From Minisyncoccota bacterium (GTDB lineage Bacteria; Patescibacteriota; Minisyncoccia; Phycocordibacterales; UBA9973), in assembly GCA_018061145.1 (NCBI GenBank), contig JAGOUR010000005.1, positions 1 to 59,929 of the forward strand: 59,929 bases of DNA, given 5' to 3'. The position numbers were made by a program, and so were the translations under genes. This document shows positions 9,663 to 19,472 of the stretch, in pieces (positions within the stretch are counted from its first letter, which is position 1; each line of letters begins with the position of its first letter). The notes under the pieces are model-generated. The model was not told the DNA's origin. It did not search any database and saw only the letters and a program-made list of their open reading frames with translations.

Positions 9663-10133
9663 ATGCGAAGAAAAGTAAAAAATCGAAATATTGTTGAACC
9701 AGATATCGTTTATAACTCACAAAAGCTTGGAAAGTTCATAAACAATGTTATGTGGGACGGAAAGAAGGAGACTTCAAGAAAGATTGTATACGGTGCCTTT
9801 GATATCATCAAAGAAAAGACTGGTAATCCAAATCCTCTAGAAGTTTTCGATACTGCAATCAAAAATGCAGGTCCTCTAGTAGAGGTTCGCTCACGTCGTA
9901 TCGGTGGTGCAAACTACCAGGTTCCTCGTGAAGTACGCCCAGACCGCCGCACATCACTAGCTATGAGATGGATAATCACAGCAGCTCGTGGAAAGAAAGG
10001 TGCAGCAATGGCAGAAAAGCTAGCTGAAGAGATAATCCTTGCTTCAAAGAACGAAGGTATCGCTATCAAGAAGCGTGATGATACTCACAAGATGGCAGAA
10101 TCAAACAAGGCGTTCGCTCACTTTGCTTGGTAA
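9663..10133 (+). CDS. rpsG: 30S ribosomal protein S7
   Basis: [30 protein letters not shown]. Follows rpsL. Confidence 0.98.
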   Translation: MRRKVKNRNIVEPDIVYNSQKLGKFINNVMWDGKKETSRKIVYGAFDIIKEKTGNPNPLEVFDTAIKNAGPLVEVRSRRIGGANYQVPREVRPDRRTSLAMRWIITAARGKKGAAMAEKLAEEIILASKNEGIAIKKRDDTHKMAESNKAFAHFAW

Positions 10134-10278
10134 ACCCGAACACTCATATTGCTATAGTTGCAATGTGGGTGTTTTCGTTTGTGTGGCACAGATAGTAATA
10201 TTGAAAAATAATCTTATTTAAAATAGTAAATATAATATTGCAACAAAAACACAATAGCAATATGAGTGTGCGGGTAAA
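10131..10278. mobile_element. MITE-like unit 1 (20-bp TIRs, TAAA flanking direct repeats)
   Basis: TAAA-CCCGAACACTCATATTGCTA ... TAGCAATATGAGTGTGCGGG-TAAA. TIRs 19/20 complementary. Confidence 0.65.
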
Positions 10279-10343
10279 TCCCGAATTGTGTCTTTTATAT
10301 TGAAAAAGCAGAATAACGGCAAATTAAGTGTGCGGGTAAATCC

Positions 10344-10490
10344 TAAACCCAGACACTCATTTTGTCATAGTTGCAGTTTGTATTTTCATTATTTAACAAT
10401 AAAGGCTCAAGGTTTAATCTATTTTTAAATGTAAGAGAGAGTATCTTTGGGCAACAAAAAATACAATGACAGAATGAGTGTATGGGTAAA
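10344..10490. mobile_element. MITE-like unit 2 (21-bp TIRs, TAAA flanking direct repeats)
   Basis: TAAA-CCCAGACACTCATTTTGTCAT ... ATGACAGAATGAGTGTATGGG-TAAA. TIRs 19/21 complementary. Confidence 0.65.
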
Positions 10491-10745
10491 TCAACCCAGA
10501 CTTCTTTTTATTCTGTCTTTTAAAAATCTCCTAGCATTGCCTCTAAGTTTAAGTGACTGCTCTCTTTCTCGGGCATCTTTTTCGTCTTTATAGGCTTCAT
10601 AGTATACAAGTTCAAATGGTGTCCTGAATTGAGTAGAAAAAGATTTTCCGGTTTGGTGTTCATCGAATCTTCGCTTTAGGTTATTGGTACTTCCAATGTA
10701 TAGTTCAGCATCTTTTTTGCTTTTTAATACGTATACATAAAACAT
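10491..10745 (-). CDS. Small standalone GIY-YIG nuclease
   Basis: MFYVYVLKS..LYIGSTNNLKRRFDEH..YYEAY..AREREQSLK. ATG 10745 lies 6 nt after TGT-TATTAT. Confidence 0.9.
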   Translation of the reverse strand: MFYVYVLKSKKDAELYIGSTNNLKRRFDEHQTGKSFSTQFRTPFELVYYEAYKDEKDAREREQSLKLRGNARRFLKDRIKRSLG

Positions 10746-10872
10746 GTATAAATAATAACACATAAGATTCTCCCCGAAAGGGGAGTTTTGTTATTTTGAC
10801 AAACATTGATATATATGTTATTTTTAGTAAAATTCTATTTATTTAAAAACAAAAAAGAAGGAGAAAAAAAGA

Positions 10873-11766
10873 ATGAAAAAGTCGCTTATTTTATTGAGTC
10901 TTATGGGGCTCTTGCTGAGTTTTACTGTTGTAAAGCTTCAAAACACCTTACCTGATCGGATTGTTGAGTATGGTCATATACTCGGTTATCAAAAAAATTT
11001 TGAAGAGAAAGATTACGGTATTGATTTACCCAAAACTTTCTATGATCCTAAGATTGCAAAGATTTTATCTGATAGTTTTTTGGTTAACAATCCTGTTCTC
11101 TTGCTTAAGATTCAGGCGTTTGCCTTGAAGTCAGAGCAAGAAAGCTACACATCTAATAAATGGAATGTAAGTGTAGCGTACGGTATGATGCCATTTTGTG
11201 GAGGTACCTGGGAACATGCAACCTTAAGTTTTTTTCAAAATGAAGCAAAGAAGTATGTTGTATCCAAACTTATTAGAGATAGGGTGTCTCAGGTAAAATT
11301 GTACAACTGGGCAAAGCCGACCATTATCGCCGCTTGGGTTTCCAAGAAAGATAATTTTCAAGCTGTTGATATGTTTGCCGTTTGGAAAGCAAATCAGTAT
11401 CTTGTTCAATATGATTATCGTTCTGAATCATTGCGTGAAAAAGTTATCGTACCTATTAAGTATCGTTATGGGCAAAACAATGAATTTGAAAGTGAGTTAC
11501 GTCTAACGTATACTTGCTTGGATTGGAAAAATAACGAAGACGATGATGCAAAATTGTACGCTTTTTGGCATCGCAGGATTAAAGAACATCAAAAAACAGG
11601 AAGTGGATTTTCATTGGCAGATGCTAAGTATTGGAATCAAATTGCATTTAACGACATGTTTAAAAATGCAACTACTCCAGCAAAAGCATTATTTGATTCG
11701 TGGAAAAAAATGTGGCTAAAAGATCACACTAACCCTACGAAAGAAATGATCTTTGCTCAAAAGTAA
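10873..11766 (+). CDS. Hypothetical secreted/membrane-anchored protein
   Basis: 297-aa ORF with MKK plus hydrophobic N-terminus, SD-like AAGGAG upstream, TTGACA at 10796, terminator at ~11786-11816. Confidence 0.7.
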   Translation: MKKSLILLSLMGLLLSFTVVKLQNTLPDRIVEYGHILGYQKNFEEKDYGIDLPKTFYDPKIAKILSDSFLVNNPVLLLKIQAFALKSEQESYTSNKWNVSVAYGMMPFCGGTWEHATLSFFQNEAKKYVVSKLIRDRVSQVKLYNWAKPTIIAAWVSKKDNFQAVDMFAVWKANQYLVQYDYRSESLREKVIVPIKYRYGQNNEFESELRLTYTCLDWKNNEDDDAKLYAFWHRRIKEHQKTGSGFSLADAKYWNQIAFNDMFKNATTPAKALFDSWKKMWLKDHTNPTKEMIFAQK

Positions 11767-11818
11767 TTTCGTTCATTTTTTAAATAAAAACACTTACCAA
11801 AAGGTAGGTGTTTTTTTG

Positions 11819-11847
11819 TTGCAAAATTAGCCTATTTGTTGTATATT
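11819..11847 (+). promoter_or_regulatory. Sigma70-type promoter of fusA
   Basis: TTGCAA-17 nt-TATATT directly after the upstream terminator. Confidence 0.6.
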
Positions 11848-11898
11848 CTAGGGACAAATGCCTTACGGGGTTTTTTATTTTATTAATAAGAATTATAT

Positions 11899-11928
11899 CC
11901 ACCTTCGCGAAAGCTACGGCGGGACAAG
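11899..11928. repeat. REP-like GC-rich hairpin in fusA leader
   Basis: CCACCTTCGCGAAAGCTACGGCGGGACAAG: GC-GAAA-GC tetraloop stem in AT-rich context, ending 3 nt before the ATG. Confidence 0.4.
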
Positions 11929-11931
11929 TAT

Positions 11932-14073
11932 ATGGAAAGAGATTATCCTTTAGAAAAAGTTAGAAATATAGGTATTATTGCCCACATCGATGCGGGTAAG
12001 ACTACAACAACAGAACGTGTATTGTTTTACACTGGTGTGTCACACAAGATAGGTGAGGTGCACGATGGGGAGACAACAACAGACTGGATGGAACAAGAGC
12101 GCGAGCGTGGTATCACTATCACATCTGCTGCTGTTACTTGTTTCTGGACACCGACATATGCACTGACAGACAAGACAAAGAAGCACCGTTTTAACATTAT
12201 CGATACACCAGGACACATCGACTTTACTGTAGAAGTAAAAAGATCACTGCGCGTACTCGATGGTGCAGTAGTTGTGTTCGATGGAGTGGCTGGAGTAGAG
12301 CCACAATCTGAAACTAACTGGCGCTATGCTGACGAGGCAAATGTGCCACGTATCTGTTTCGTAAACAAGCTTGACCGTACAGGCGCATCTTTTGAGCACT
12401 CATACAAAACTATCCTAGAGAGACTTACTAAAAAAGCTATCCGTATGCAAATCCCAATCGGTCTTGAAGAAAAGCACGAAGGTGTGATTGACCTATTGAA
12501 GATGAAGGCTTACTACTTTGAAGGGGAGATGGGTAACAAAGTTATCGAAAAAGAAATCCCAGAAGAATACAAGGCAGAAGCAGAAAAGTACCACGCAGAA
12601 CTAGTAGAAAAGATCGTCGAACAAGATGATCAGATTATGAGTGACTACTTTGAAGGAAAAGTTCCAGATGTTGAGACTCTAAAGAAGCTAATGCGTAAGG
12701 CTGTCATTGCCAACGATGTATTCCCAGTATTCGCAGGATCAGCTCTAAAAAACAAGGGAGTTCAACTAGTGCTCGACGCAGTTGTTGACTATCTACCAGC
12801 TCCTATCGACATTCCTCCTATCACAGGTATCGATCCAAATACAGATGAGCCACTAGTGCGCAAGGCTTCAGATGCTGAACCATTCTCAGCCCTAGCATTC
12901 AAAATCGCTACTGACCCATTCGTAGGACAGATCATATTCTTCCGTGTATATTCTGGATCTATCACTGCAGGTTCATACGTGTACAACCCTCGTACAAGAA
13001 ATAAAGAACGTATCGGACGAATCTTGCGTATGCATGCCAATGATCGTGAAGAGGTGAAGAAGGTATATGCTGGAGAAATCGCAGCAGCAGTAGGATTGAA
13101 AGATACTATCACTTCAGACACTCTATGTGATGAGAATGCGCCAGCAGAGCTAGTACGTATCATCTTCCCAGAGCCAGTTATCTCTCTACGTGTAGAGCCA
13201 AAGACAAAGGCAGACCAAGAGAAAATGGGTATGGCGCTAAACCGTCTCGCTCAAGAAGATCCGACATTCAAGGTAAGTACTGATCAGGAAACAAATGAGA
13301 CAATCATCGCAGGTATGGGAGAGCTCCACCTGGAAATCATCGTAGATCGTATGAAGCGTGAATTCGCTGTCGAGACAAATGTAGGTAAGCCACAGGTTGC
13401 ATATCGTGAGACAATCACAGGTACAGCAGATGTAGAAGGCAAGTACATCAAGCAATCAGGAGGACGTGGAAACTACGGTCACGTAAAGATCAAGATCAAG
13501 CCTATGGATATGAGTGTAGATCCAAATGATCTTCCAAAGAACGTAAAACGTGAAAAAGGATTTGAGTTCGTAAACACAATCAAAGGAGGTGCTATTCCAC
13601 AAGAATACATCCCAGCTTGTGAAAAAGGATTCAAAGAAGGTCTCGATCGTGGAGTTCTCGCAGGATTCAAGATGGAGAATGTGTCTGTCGAGCTATGGGA
13701 TGGAAGTTACCACGATGTGGACTCAAACGAAATGGCCTTCAAGATCGCAGCCTCTATGGCAATCCAAGATGCATGTAAGATGGCTCGCCCTGTGATCCTA
13801 GAACCTATGATGAATGTTGAAGTTGTTACTCCAGATAAATTCATGGGAGATGTGACAGGAAGTCTATCTTCAAAGCGTGGACTAATTGAAGGTATGGAAC
13901 AACGTGGTATGAACCAAGCAGTGAAAGCTGTCGTTCCACTATCTGAAATGTTCGGTTACATGACAACTCTACGTTCTATGACAGAAGGTCGCGCAGGATT
14001 CACTATGGAATTCCTACGTTACGACATAGTTCCACAAAATGTGGCTACAACAATAATAGAATCTAGAAAGTAG
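11932..14073 (+). CDS. fusA: Elongation factor G
   Basis: [44 protein letters not shown]. Confidence 0.99.
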   Translation: MERDYPLEKVRNIGIIAHIDAGKTTTTERVLFYTGVSHKIGEVHDGETTTDWMEQERERGITITSAAVTCFWTPTYALTDKTKKHRFNIIDTPGHIDFTVEVKRSLRVLDGAVVVFDGVAGVEPQSETNWRYADEANVPRICFVNKLDRTGASFEHSYKTILERLTKKAIRMQIPIGLEEKHEGVIDLLKMKAYYFEGEMGNKVIEKEIPEEYKAEAEKYHAELVEKIVEQDDQIMSDYFEGKVPDVETLKKLMRKAVIANDVFPVFAGSALKNKGVQLVLDAVVDYLPAPIDIPPITGIDPNTDEPLVRKASDAEPFSALAFKIATDPFVGQIIFFRVYSGSITAGSYVYNPRTRNKERIGRILRMHANDREEVKKVYAGEIAAAVGLKDTITSDTLCDENAPAELVRIIFPEPVISLRVEPKTKADQEKMGMALNRLAQEDPTFKVSTDQETNETIIAGMGELHLEIIVDRMKREFAVETNVGKPQVAYRETITGTADVEGKYIKQSGGRGNYGHVKIKIKPMDMSVDPNDLPKNVKREKGFEFVNTIKGGAIPQEYIPACEKGFKEGLDRGVLAGFKMENVSVELWDGSYHDVDSNEMAFKIAASMAIQDACKMARPVILEPMMNVEVVTPDKFMGDVTGSLSSKRGLIEGMEQRGMNQAVKAVVPLSEMFGYMTTLRSMTEGRAGFTMEFLRYDIVPQNVATTIIESRK

Positions 14074-14149
14074 ATTATATTATTGTTCGCCCGTCCGACT
14101 ACTGTCGGATTAGGGCTACAACTATCATCGAATCAAGAAAATAATTCTA

Positions 14150-14180
14150 AACAAAAACCACCCATTGGGTGGTTTTTGTT
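14150..14180. terminator. Bidirectional intrinsic terminator after fusA
   Basis: AACAAAAACCACCC-ATT-GGGTGGTTTTTGTT. Confidence 0.85.
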
Positions 14181-14220
14181 ATGTATTGTGTAAATCATCT
14201 GGAAATGTATACTTATATTT

Positions 14221-15894
14221 ATGAGCCCAGAAACGAGAGCGTGCGTGAATTGCAAAGGGGAGTTCGTAATTGAACCAGAGGATTTTGTGTTCTATGAGAG
14301 GATGAAAGTCCCAGCTCCACATGTATGTCCTGATTGCAGGTTTAAAATGAGGGCTGTATGGAGGAATGAAATGTCTCTTTATACTGGGGTGCAGTGCGGT
14401 CTATGTGATAAATCTATCATTTCTATGTATAATCCAAAATCTGGATTTACTGTGTATTGCAATAGTTGCTATAGAGGGGATGGGTGGGATTCTCGCGAAT
14501 ATTCTGCGGATTATAATTTTTCTCGACCGTTTTTTGACCAGCTAAAAGATTTAATAAAAAAAGTACCAAAGAATTCCTTGTATAGTACTACTGGAGTAGG
14601 GCAGAGCGTGAATAGTGACTATACTAACTGCGGCGGAGGCTTAAAGAATTGCTCCCTTTGCTTTAATTCTTCTATTCTTGAAGATTCTATGTACACAAGA
14701 GGGGCTACTTATTCTAGTAATTTAATCGATTCGTATTTTTGTAAAAAAGTAGAAAATTGTTATGAATGTATAAATGTTCATAATAGTGTGGGAGTTAGAC
14801 ACGGACAGAATAGCGTAAACTGTATGGACTGTACATTTATAGAGAATTGTTCAAATTTGAACAATTGTATTGGCTGTGTAAATTTACGAAATAAAAGTTT
14901 CCATATTCTAAATAAAGAATATTCAAAGGAAGAATATTTTGAGATCTTAAATAAGATTAATTCTTCATATGTGGAATTTGTGAAATTTAAAGAAGAGTTT
15001 GAAAAACTAAGACTAGACCACCCTCATAGAGCAAATGAAAATATTAAAATTCAGGATTGTATCGGTGATTATATTTCTGAATCTAAAAATGTACATTATT
15101 CTTTTGAGATTATAAATGGAGAAGATTCAAAGTGGAATTTTTCTAGTCGAGAAATGAAGGATTGTTACGGAACAGTAGGGTATGGGATAAAATCAGAATT
15201 ACTTCTCGAGTGTACTTCTACAGGCTATGTGTCCAGAGGTATAGGGTGCTGGGCTTGTGAGATCGGATCTGATCTTGAGTATTCTATTTCTTGTTTTCCT
15301 AACAATAAAAATCTGATTGGATGTGATTCACTGAAGAATTCTCAGTATTGTATTCTTAATAAACAGTATTCAAAAGATGAATACGAAAAAATTCGAGACC
15401 ATATAATAAATGAATTAAAAGAAAAGAATTTATATGGATTGATGATGCCTCCAGATCTTGCACCTTTTGCCTACAACGAGACCATAGCCCAAGACAATAT
15501 GCCTATGAGCAGAGTTGATGCACTATCTCTAGGCTTTCGCTGGGAGGATGATATCCAGATTACAAAAGGCAAGGAGACATTGACCCCAGAGAGTATTCCA
15601 GACAATATAGATGATGTATCTGATGATATAAAGGGCGAAGTGCTCCGGTGTGTAGAATGTACTAGAAACTACAAAATAACCGAAGCTGAATTGTTATTCT
15701 ACCGCAAGATGAAATTGCCGATTCCTAGGTACTGTTTTTATTGTAGACACAAAGATAGATTGAACCGTCGTGGTCCGTATAAATTCTGGAATAGAAAATG
15801 TGATTTTTGCGGAGATGGTATCACTACTACCTACTCCCCAGATAGACCAGAAAAAGTGTATTGTGAGAAGTGTTATCAAAAAGAAGTATTGTAA
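14221..15894 (+). CDS. Cys-rich Zn-ribbon/repeat protein, paralog 1
   Basis: CVNC..CPDC, CGLC..CNSC, repeated NCxxCxxLxNKxY blocks, C-terminal CVEC..CFYC, CDFC..CEKCYQKEVL. Confidence 0.8.
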   Translation: MSPETRACVNCKGEFVIEPEDFVFYERMKVPAPHVCPDCRFKMRAVWRNEMSLYTGVQCGLCDKSIISMYNPKSGFTVYCNSCYRGDGWDSREYSADYNFSRPFFDQLKDLIKKVPKNSLYSTTGVGQSVNSDYTNCGGGLKNCSLCFNSSILEDSMYTRGATYSSNLIDSYFCKKVENCYECINVHNSVGVRHGQNSVNCMDCTFIENCSNLNNCIGCVNLRNKSFHILNKEYSKEEYFEILNKINSSYVEFVKFKEEFEKLRLDHPHRANENIKIQDCIGDYISESKNVHYSFEIINGEDSKWNFSSREMKDCYGTVGYGIKSELLLECTSTGYVSRGIGCWACEIGSDLEYSISCFPNNKNLIGCDSLKNSQYCILNKQYSKDEYEKIRDHIINELKEKNLYGLMMPPDLAPFAYNETIAQDNMPMSRVDALSLGFRWEDDIQITKGKETLTPESIPDNIDDVSDDIKGEVLRCVECTRNYKITEAELLFYRKMKLPIPRYCFYCRHKDRLNRRGPYKFWNRKCDFCGDGITTTYSPDRPEKVYCEKCYQKEVL

Positions 15895-15898
15895 AAAT

Positions 15899-17680
15899 AT
15901 GGAAACAAAAAACTGCCACCCCAAAGGAAAGAGTACTTCCTACGGGGCAGGAAACTGTAAAGAGAATTTTAACATCACACCCGATGATTTTTCCTTCTAT
16001 GAGAAAATAGGTGTCCCAGCCCCGACCTTTTGCCCAGAGTGTAGAATGCAGAGACGTCTAGCATGGAGAAATGAGAGAGGTCTGTACTTTCGAAAGAATG
16101 ACAAGCCTGGCTCCGAAGAAAAAATGATCTCTACTTACCCTGAGAGTATTCCTGTTTCCTCTTACGACAATACTTATTGGTGGAGTGATAGTTGGGATGC
16201 TATATCTTTTGGTTGCGAATATGATTTATCTCGAGATTTCTTTTCTCAGTATAAAGATCTTTTATATAGAACACCCCTGATTTCTTTTTTTGATAGCAAG
16301 GGTGTAAATAATCAATTTTGTAATTATATTACTGAGAGTAAAAATAATTATATGCTTTCTGCTGTTTGGACATGTGAAGATTCTATGTATTCAAACAGGA
16401 TATCATTTTGTCAGAATACAGTAGATTCATATATCAGCCACAAGCTAGATTTCTCGTACGAGGATATTTATTGTGGGGATTCGTCTCGATTGTTTTATAG
16501 CGAGAACTCATATAACTGTGTAAATTCATATTTTCTTTTTGACTGTAGGAATTGTACTGATTGTTTTATGTGTAATAGTTTGAGAAATAAATCTTATTGC
16601 ATAAACAATATTCAATACTCAAAAGATGAATATAAAGAAAAAATTAAAGAATTTAATTTGAGTAGTTATGCATCAATTCAAAATCATAAGGCATCATTTG
16701 AGTTATTAAAGAAAAATGCCATTAGGAAATACGCCCAGCTTACCAACTGTGTAAATGTGGTGGGGGATAATATGCAAAATGCAAAAGATGCATATTATTC
16801 TTTTGATCTGCCAGGGGGTGTCGAGAATATCAAATATTGTAACTGGGGGACTTTTGGATTGAAGGATTCATACGATGTCGGCCCTGGTGCAGGTGGAAAG
16901 TCAGAACTTACTTATGAGGGTATTAGTATCGGTGTAGCTAATAGTAATGTAAAATTTAGTGTCGTCGTCTGGAATTCTACTAATGTGGAGTATTCGTTTA
17001 ATTGCTATTCGTGCAATAATTGTTTTGGTTGTGTGAGTTTGAAAAATAAAAATTATTGTATATTAAACAAGCAATATGAAAAAGATGAATATTTTGAGTT
17101 GCTAGGCAGAATAAAAAAACAAATGAATGAAATCCCTTACCGTGACAGCATGGGGAATATCTATAAATATGGAGAATTTTTCCCTTTAGAGATTGCTCCT
17201 TATGCTTATAATGATACTGTTGCAGGGGACTTTTTCCCTTTGAGTGAAAATGATTTAGTTCAGAAAAATTTTCAATATATACCAAAAGTAAATAAACAAT
17301 ACAATATTACTGTTAAGTTTTCTGACTTGCCTGATTCAATCATTGATGTAAATGATTCTATCCTGAGTGAGATTGTAGAATGTAAAAATACAAACAATGA
17401 TAAGTATGTAACTTGCACCAAAGCTTATAAACTGAATGAAGCAGAAGTTTCTTTCTACAAGAGGCTCGGTATTCCACTGCCTCGAGTTTGTTATAGTTGT
17501 CGTCATGCGGACAGATTGTCAAAACGTAATCCAATGAAGCTTTGGCACCGTCAGTGTATGTGTAATTTAGATAACCATGATCACGCAGGGCAGTGTGAGG
17601 TAGAGTTTGAAACCAGCTACTCCCCAGACAGACCTGAAAAAGTGTATTGTGAGAAATGTTATCAAAAAGAAGTCTTGTAA
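15899..17680 (+). CDS. Cys-rich Zn-ribbon/repeat protein, paralog 2
   Basis: Same architecture. ATG 15899 lies 4 nt after the paralog 1 stop. First CxxC is interrupted by an 11-aa insertion. Confidence 0.8.
   Translation: METKNCHPKGKSTSYGAGNCKENFNITPDDFSFYEKIGVPAPTFCPECRMQRRLAWRNERGLYFRKNDKPGSEEKMISTYPESIPVSSYDNTYWWSDSWDAISFGCEYDLSRDFFSQYKDLLYRTPLISFFDSKGVNNQFCNYITESKNNYMLSAVWTCEDSMYSNRISFCQNTVDSYISHKLDFSYEDIYCGDSSRLFYSENSYNCVNSYFLFDCRNCTDCFMCNSLRNKSYCINNIQYSKDEYKEKIKEFNLSSYASIQNHKASFELLKKNAIRKYAQLTNCVNVVGDNMQNAKDAYYSFDLPGGVENIKYCNWGTFGLKDSYDVGPGAGGKSELTYEGISIGVANSNVKFSVVVWNSTNVEYSFNCYSCNNCFGCVSLKNKNYCILNKQYEKDEYFELLGRIKKQMNEIPYRDSMGNIYKYGEFFPLEIAPYAYNDTVAGDFFPLSENDLVQKNFQYIPKVNKQYNITVKFSDLPDSIIDVNDSILSEIVECKNTNNDKYVTCTKAYKLNEAEVSFYKRLGIPLPRVCYSCRHADRLSKRNPMKLWHRQCMCNLDNHDHAGQCEVEFETSYSPDRPEKVYCEKCYQKEVL
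15919..15951. repeat. 33-nt in-frame palindromic insertion
   Basis: CCCC-AA-AGGAA-AGAGTAC-TTCCT-AC-GGGG-CAGG. Removing it restores TGC CAA AAC TGT (CQNC), as in the paralogs. Confidence 0.65.
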
Positions 17681-17684
17681 AAAT

Positions 17685-19403
17685 ATGGAACATCAAACAG
17701 AAAACAAAGTGTGTCAGAATTGCAAAGGGGATTTCACTATCGATCCAGAGGATTTTGTGTTCTATGACAAGATCAAAGTCCCAGCACCTACATTCTGCTC
17801 AGAGTGTAGAATGATCAGGAGAATGATGTGGAGGAACAGTAGATCACTTCATCGAAGAGAATGTTTTATGTGCAAAAAATCATTGATCAGCATGTATTCT
17901 GATTCAGCTCCAATTAGTTGTTCTGATTGCTGGAATGGCACACAGAGAGATCCTTTTTCTAATGGAAAAGATTATGATTTTTCTCGTTCATTTTTTGATC
18001 AACTTAAAGAGCTTTTTGCTGTTTCTCCAAGATTTTTCTCATACCAATTTGGTACACTAGTGAATTCAGATTTTACTAACTTTTCAAAGGACAACAAGAA
18101 TGCTTATCTGTCGTATTCAGTTACGGATTGCGAAGATGTGATGTATTCAGAGACAATAGATAAATCAAAAAATAGTATGGATTGTTATGCCACCCAGAAA
18201 GCCGACGGCTGTTCATACAATGTGGATTGTGAGGGTAATTATAATACTCATTTTGCTGTGAAGTCTCAGAACTGTATTGATTCATACTTTGTTTATGATT
18301 GCTCAAATTGCCAGAATTGTTACCTGTCTTCAAACCTAAGGAATCAGCAATATTATTTTAAAAATCAGAAATTATCTAAAGAGGCTTATCAGGAAGCTAT
18401 TAGAGAATATAACCTAGGTAGTTATTCTGGTTTTGAAAAATCAAAAAAAGAATTCAATGAATTAATTTTAAATAATACTATTCATAAGTATGCTTTTATC
18501 TATTCAGCTCAAGATGTAACAGGGGATTATATTCACCATGCAAAGAATATAAAGAAATGTTTTGATACTAATGATGCTGAAAATATTGCTTATAGTGTTA
18601 GAGCCATTGAAGTGAAGGATTCATATGATCTAGGGGGTACTGGTTTTAAGGCTGAACTTATTTATGAATCAATGGCTGCAACTGCTAATACTGCTCGGGA
18701 TTTTTTCTGTTACTTAACTATCCAGGGCTGCACCGAGTGTGAGTATTCTTTAATTTTAAGAAATTGCACAAATTGTTTTGCTTGTGTGGGATTGATAAAT
18801 GCTAAATATTGTATTTTTAATAAACAATACACAAAGGAAGAATATGAAATTCTTGTTCCCCAAATAAAACAGCACATGATGGATATGCCATATGTAGACA
18901 AGAAGGGAAGAGTTTTTAGGTATGGAGAATTTTTCCCTTATGATATGTCTCCGTTTGGATACAACGAAACAAATGCCCATGACTTTTTCCAAAAGACAAA
19001 AGAGATGGCCATTGAAAGTGGTTTTAAATGGAAGGATAGAATAAAGAGAGAGTATGCTGTTACTAAACAGTCTCGAGATTTACCTGATCATATTGATGAA
19101 GTTGATGATAGTATTCTAGATGAAACGATATCTTGCCCGAATGATGGTAGTCCAGACTCACAATGTACTACTGCATTTAAAATCGTGCCGAACGAATTAA
19201 TGTTTTATAGACAAAAGAAATTACCATTACCTAGGTATTGTCCAAACTGCCGTCACTACGACAGATTAAAATATCGTAATTCAATGAAATTATATAAACG
19301 GGAATGTTCAAACGACTGCGGAACTATTTTCGAAACTACATACTCCCCAGACAGGCCTGAAAAAGTATTTTGCGAGAAGTGTTATCAAAAAGAAGTGTTG
19401 TAA
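17685..19403 (+). CDS. Cys-rich Zn-ribbon/repeat protein, paralog 3
   Basis: CQNCKGDF..VPAPTFCSECR start and PEKVFCEKCYQKEVL end. ATG 17685 lies 4 nt after the paralog 2 stop. Confidence 0.8.
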   Translation: MEHQTENKVCQNCKGDFTIDPEDFVFYDKIKVPAPTFCSECRMIRRMMWRNSRSLHRRECFMCKKSLISMYSDSAPISCSDCWNGTQRDPFSNGKDYDFSRSFFDQLKELFAVSPRFFSYQFGTLVNSDFTNFSKDNKNAYLSYSVTDCEDVMYSETIDKSKNSMDCYATQKADGCSYNVDCEGNYNTHFAVKSQNCIDSYFVYDCSNCQNCYLSSNLRNQQYYFKNQKLSKEAYQEAIREYNLGSYSGFEKSKKEFNELILNNTIHKYAFIYSAQDVTGDYIHHAKNIKKCFDTNDAENIAYSVRAIEVKDSYDLGGTGFKAELIYESMAATANTARDFFCYLTIQGCTECEYSLILRNCTNCFACVGLINAKYCIFNKQYTKEEYEILVPQIKQHMMDMPYVDKKGRVFRYGEFFPYDMSPFGYNETNAHDFFQKTKEMAIESGFKWKDRIKREYAVTKQSRDLPDHIDEVDDSILDETISCPNDGSPDSQCTTAFKIVPNELMFYRQKKLPLPRYCPNCRHYDRLKYRNSMKLYKRECSNDCGTIFETTYSPDRPEKVFCEKCYQKEVL

Positions 19404-19472
19404 GTTCATACTCAATTTATGCTATCGCACATGTTGAGTATAAGTTTTTATTTTAGGATGAGGTGAAATAAT

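Noticed and set aside
15770-15898. N-terminal extensions of paralogs 2 and 3 given by the ORF track (starts 15770 and 17607)
   Set aside because: They overlap the previous gene's conserved end in another frame. The ATGs at 15899 and 17685 align with the family N-terminus.
14221-19403. Cys-rich genes as diversity-generating retroelement targets
   Set aside because: No reverse transcriptase and no template/variable repeat pair differing at adenines is visible.
19409-19442. ATACTCAA/TTGAGTAT inverted repeat after paralog 3 as another MITE copy
   Set aside because: Only an 8-bp stem with no TAAA/CCC termini. It is more likely a weak terminator or chance.
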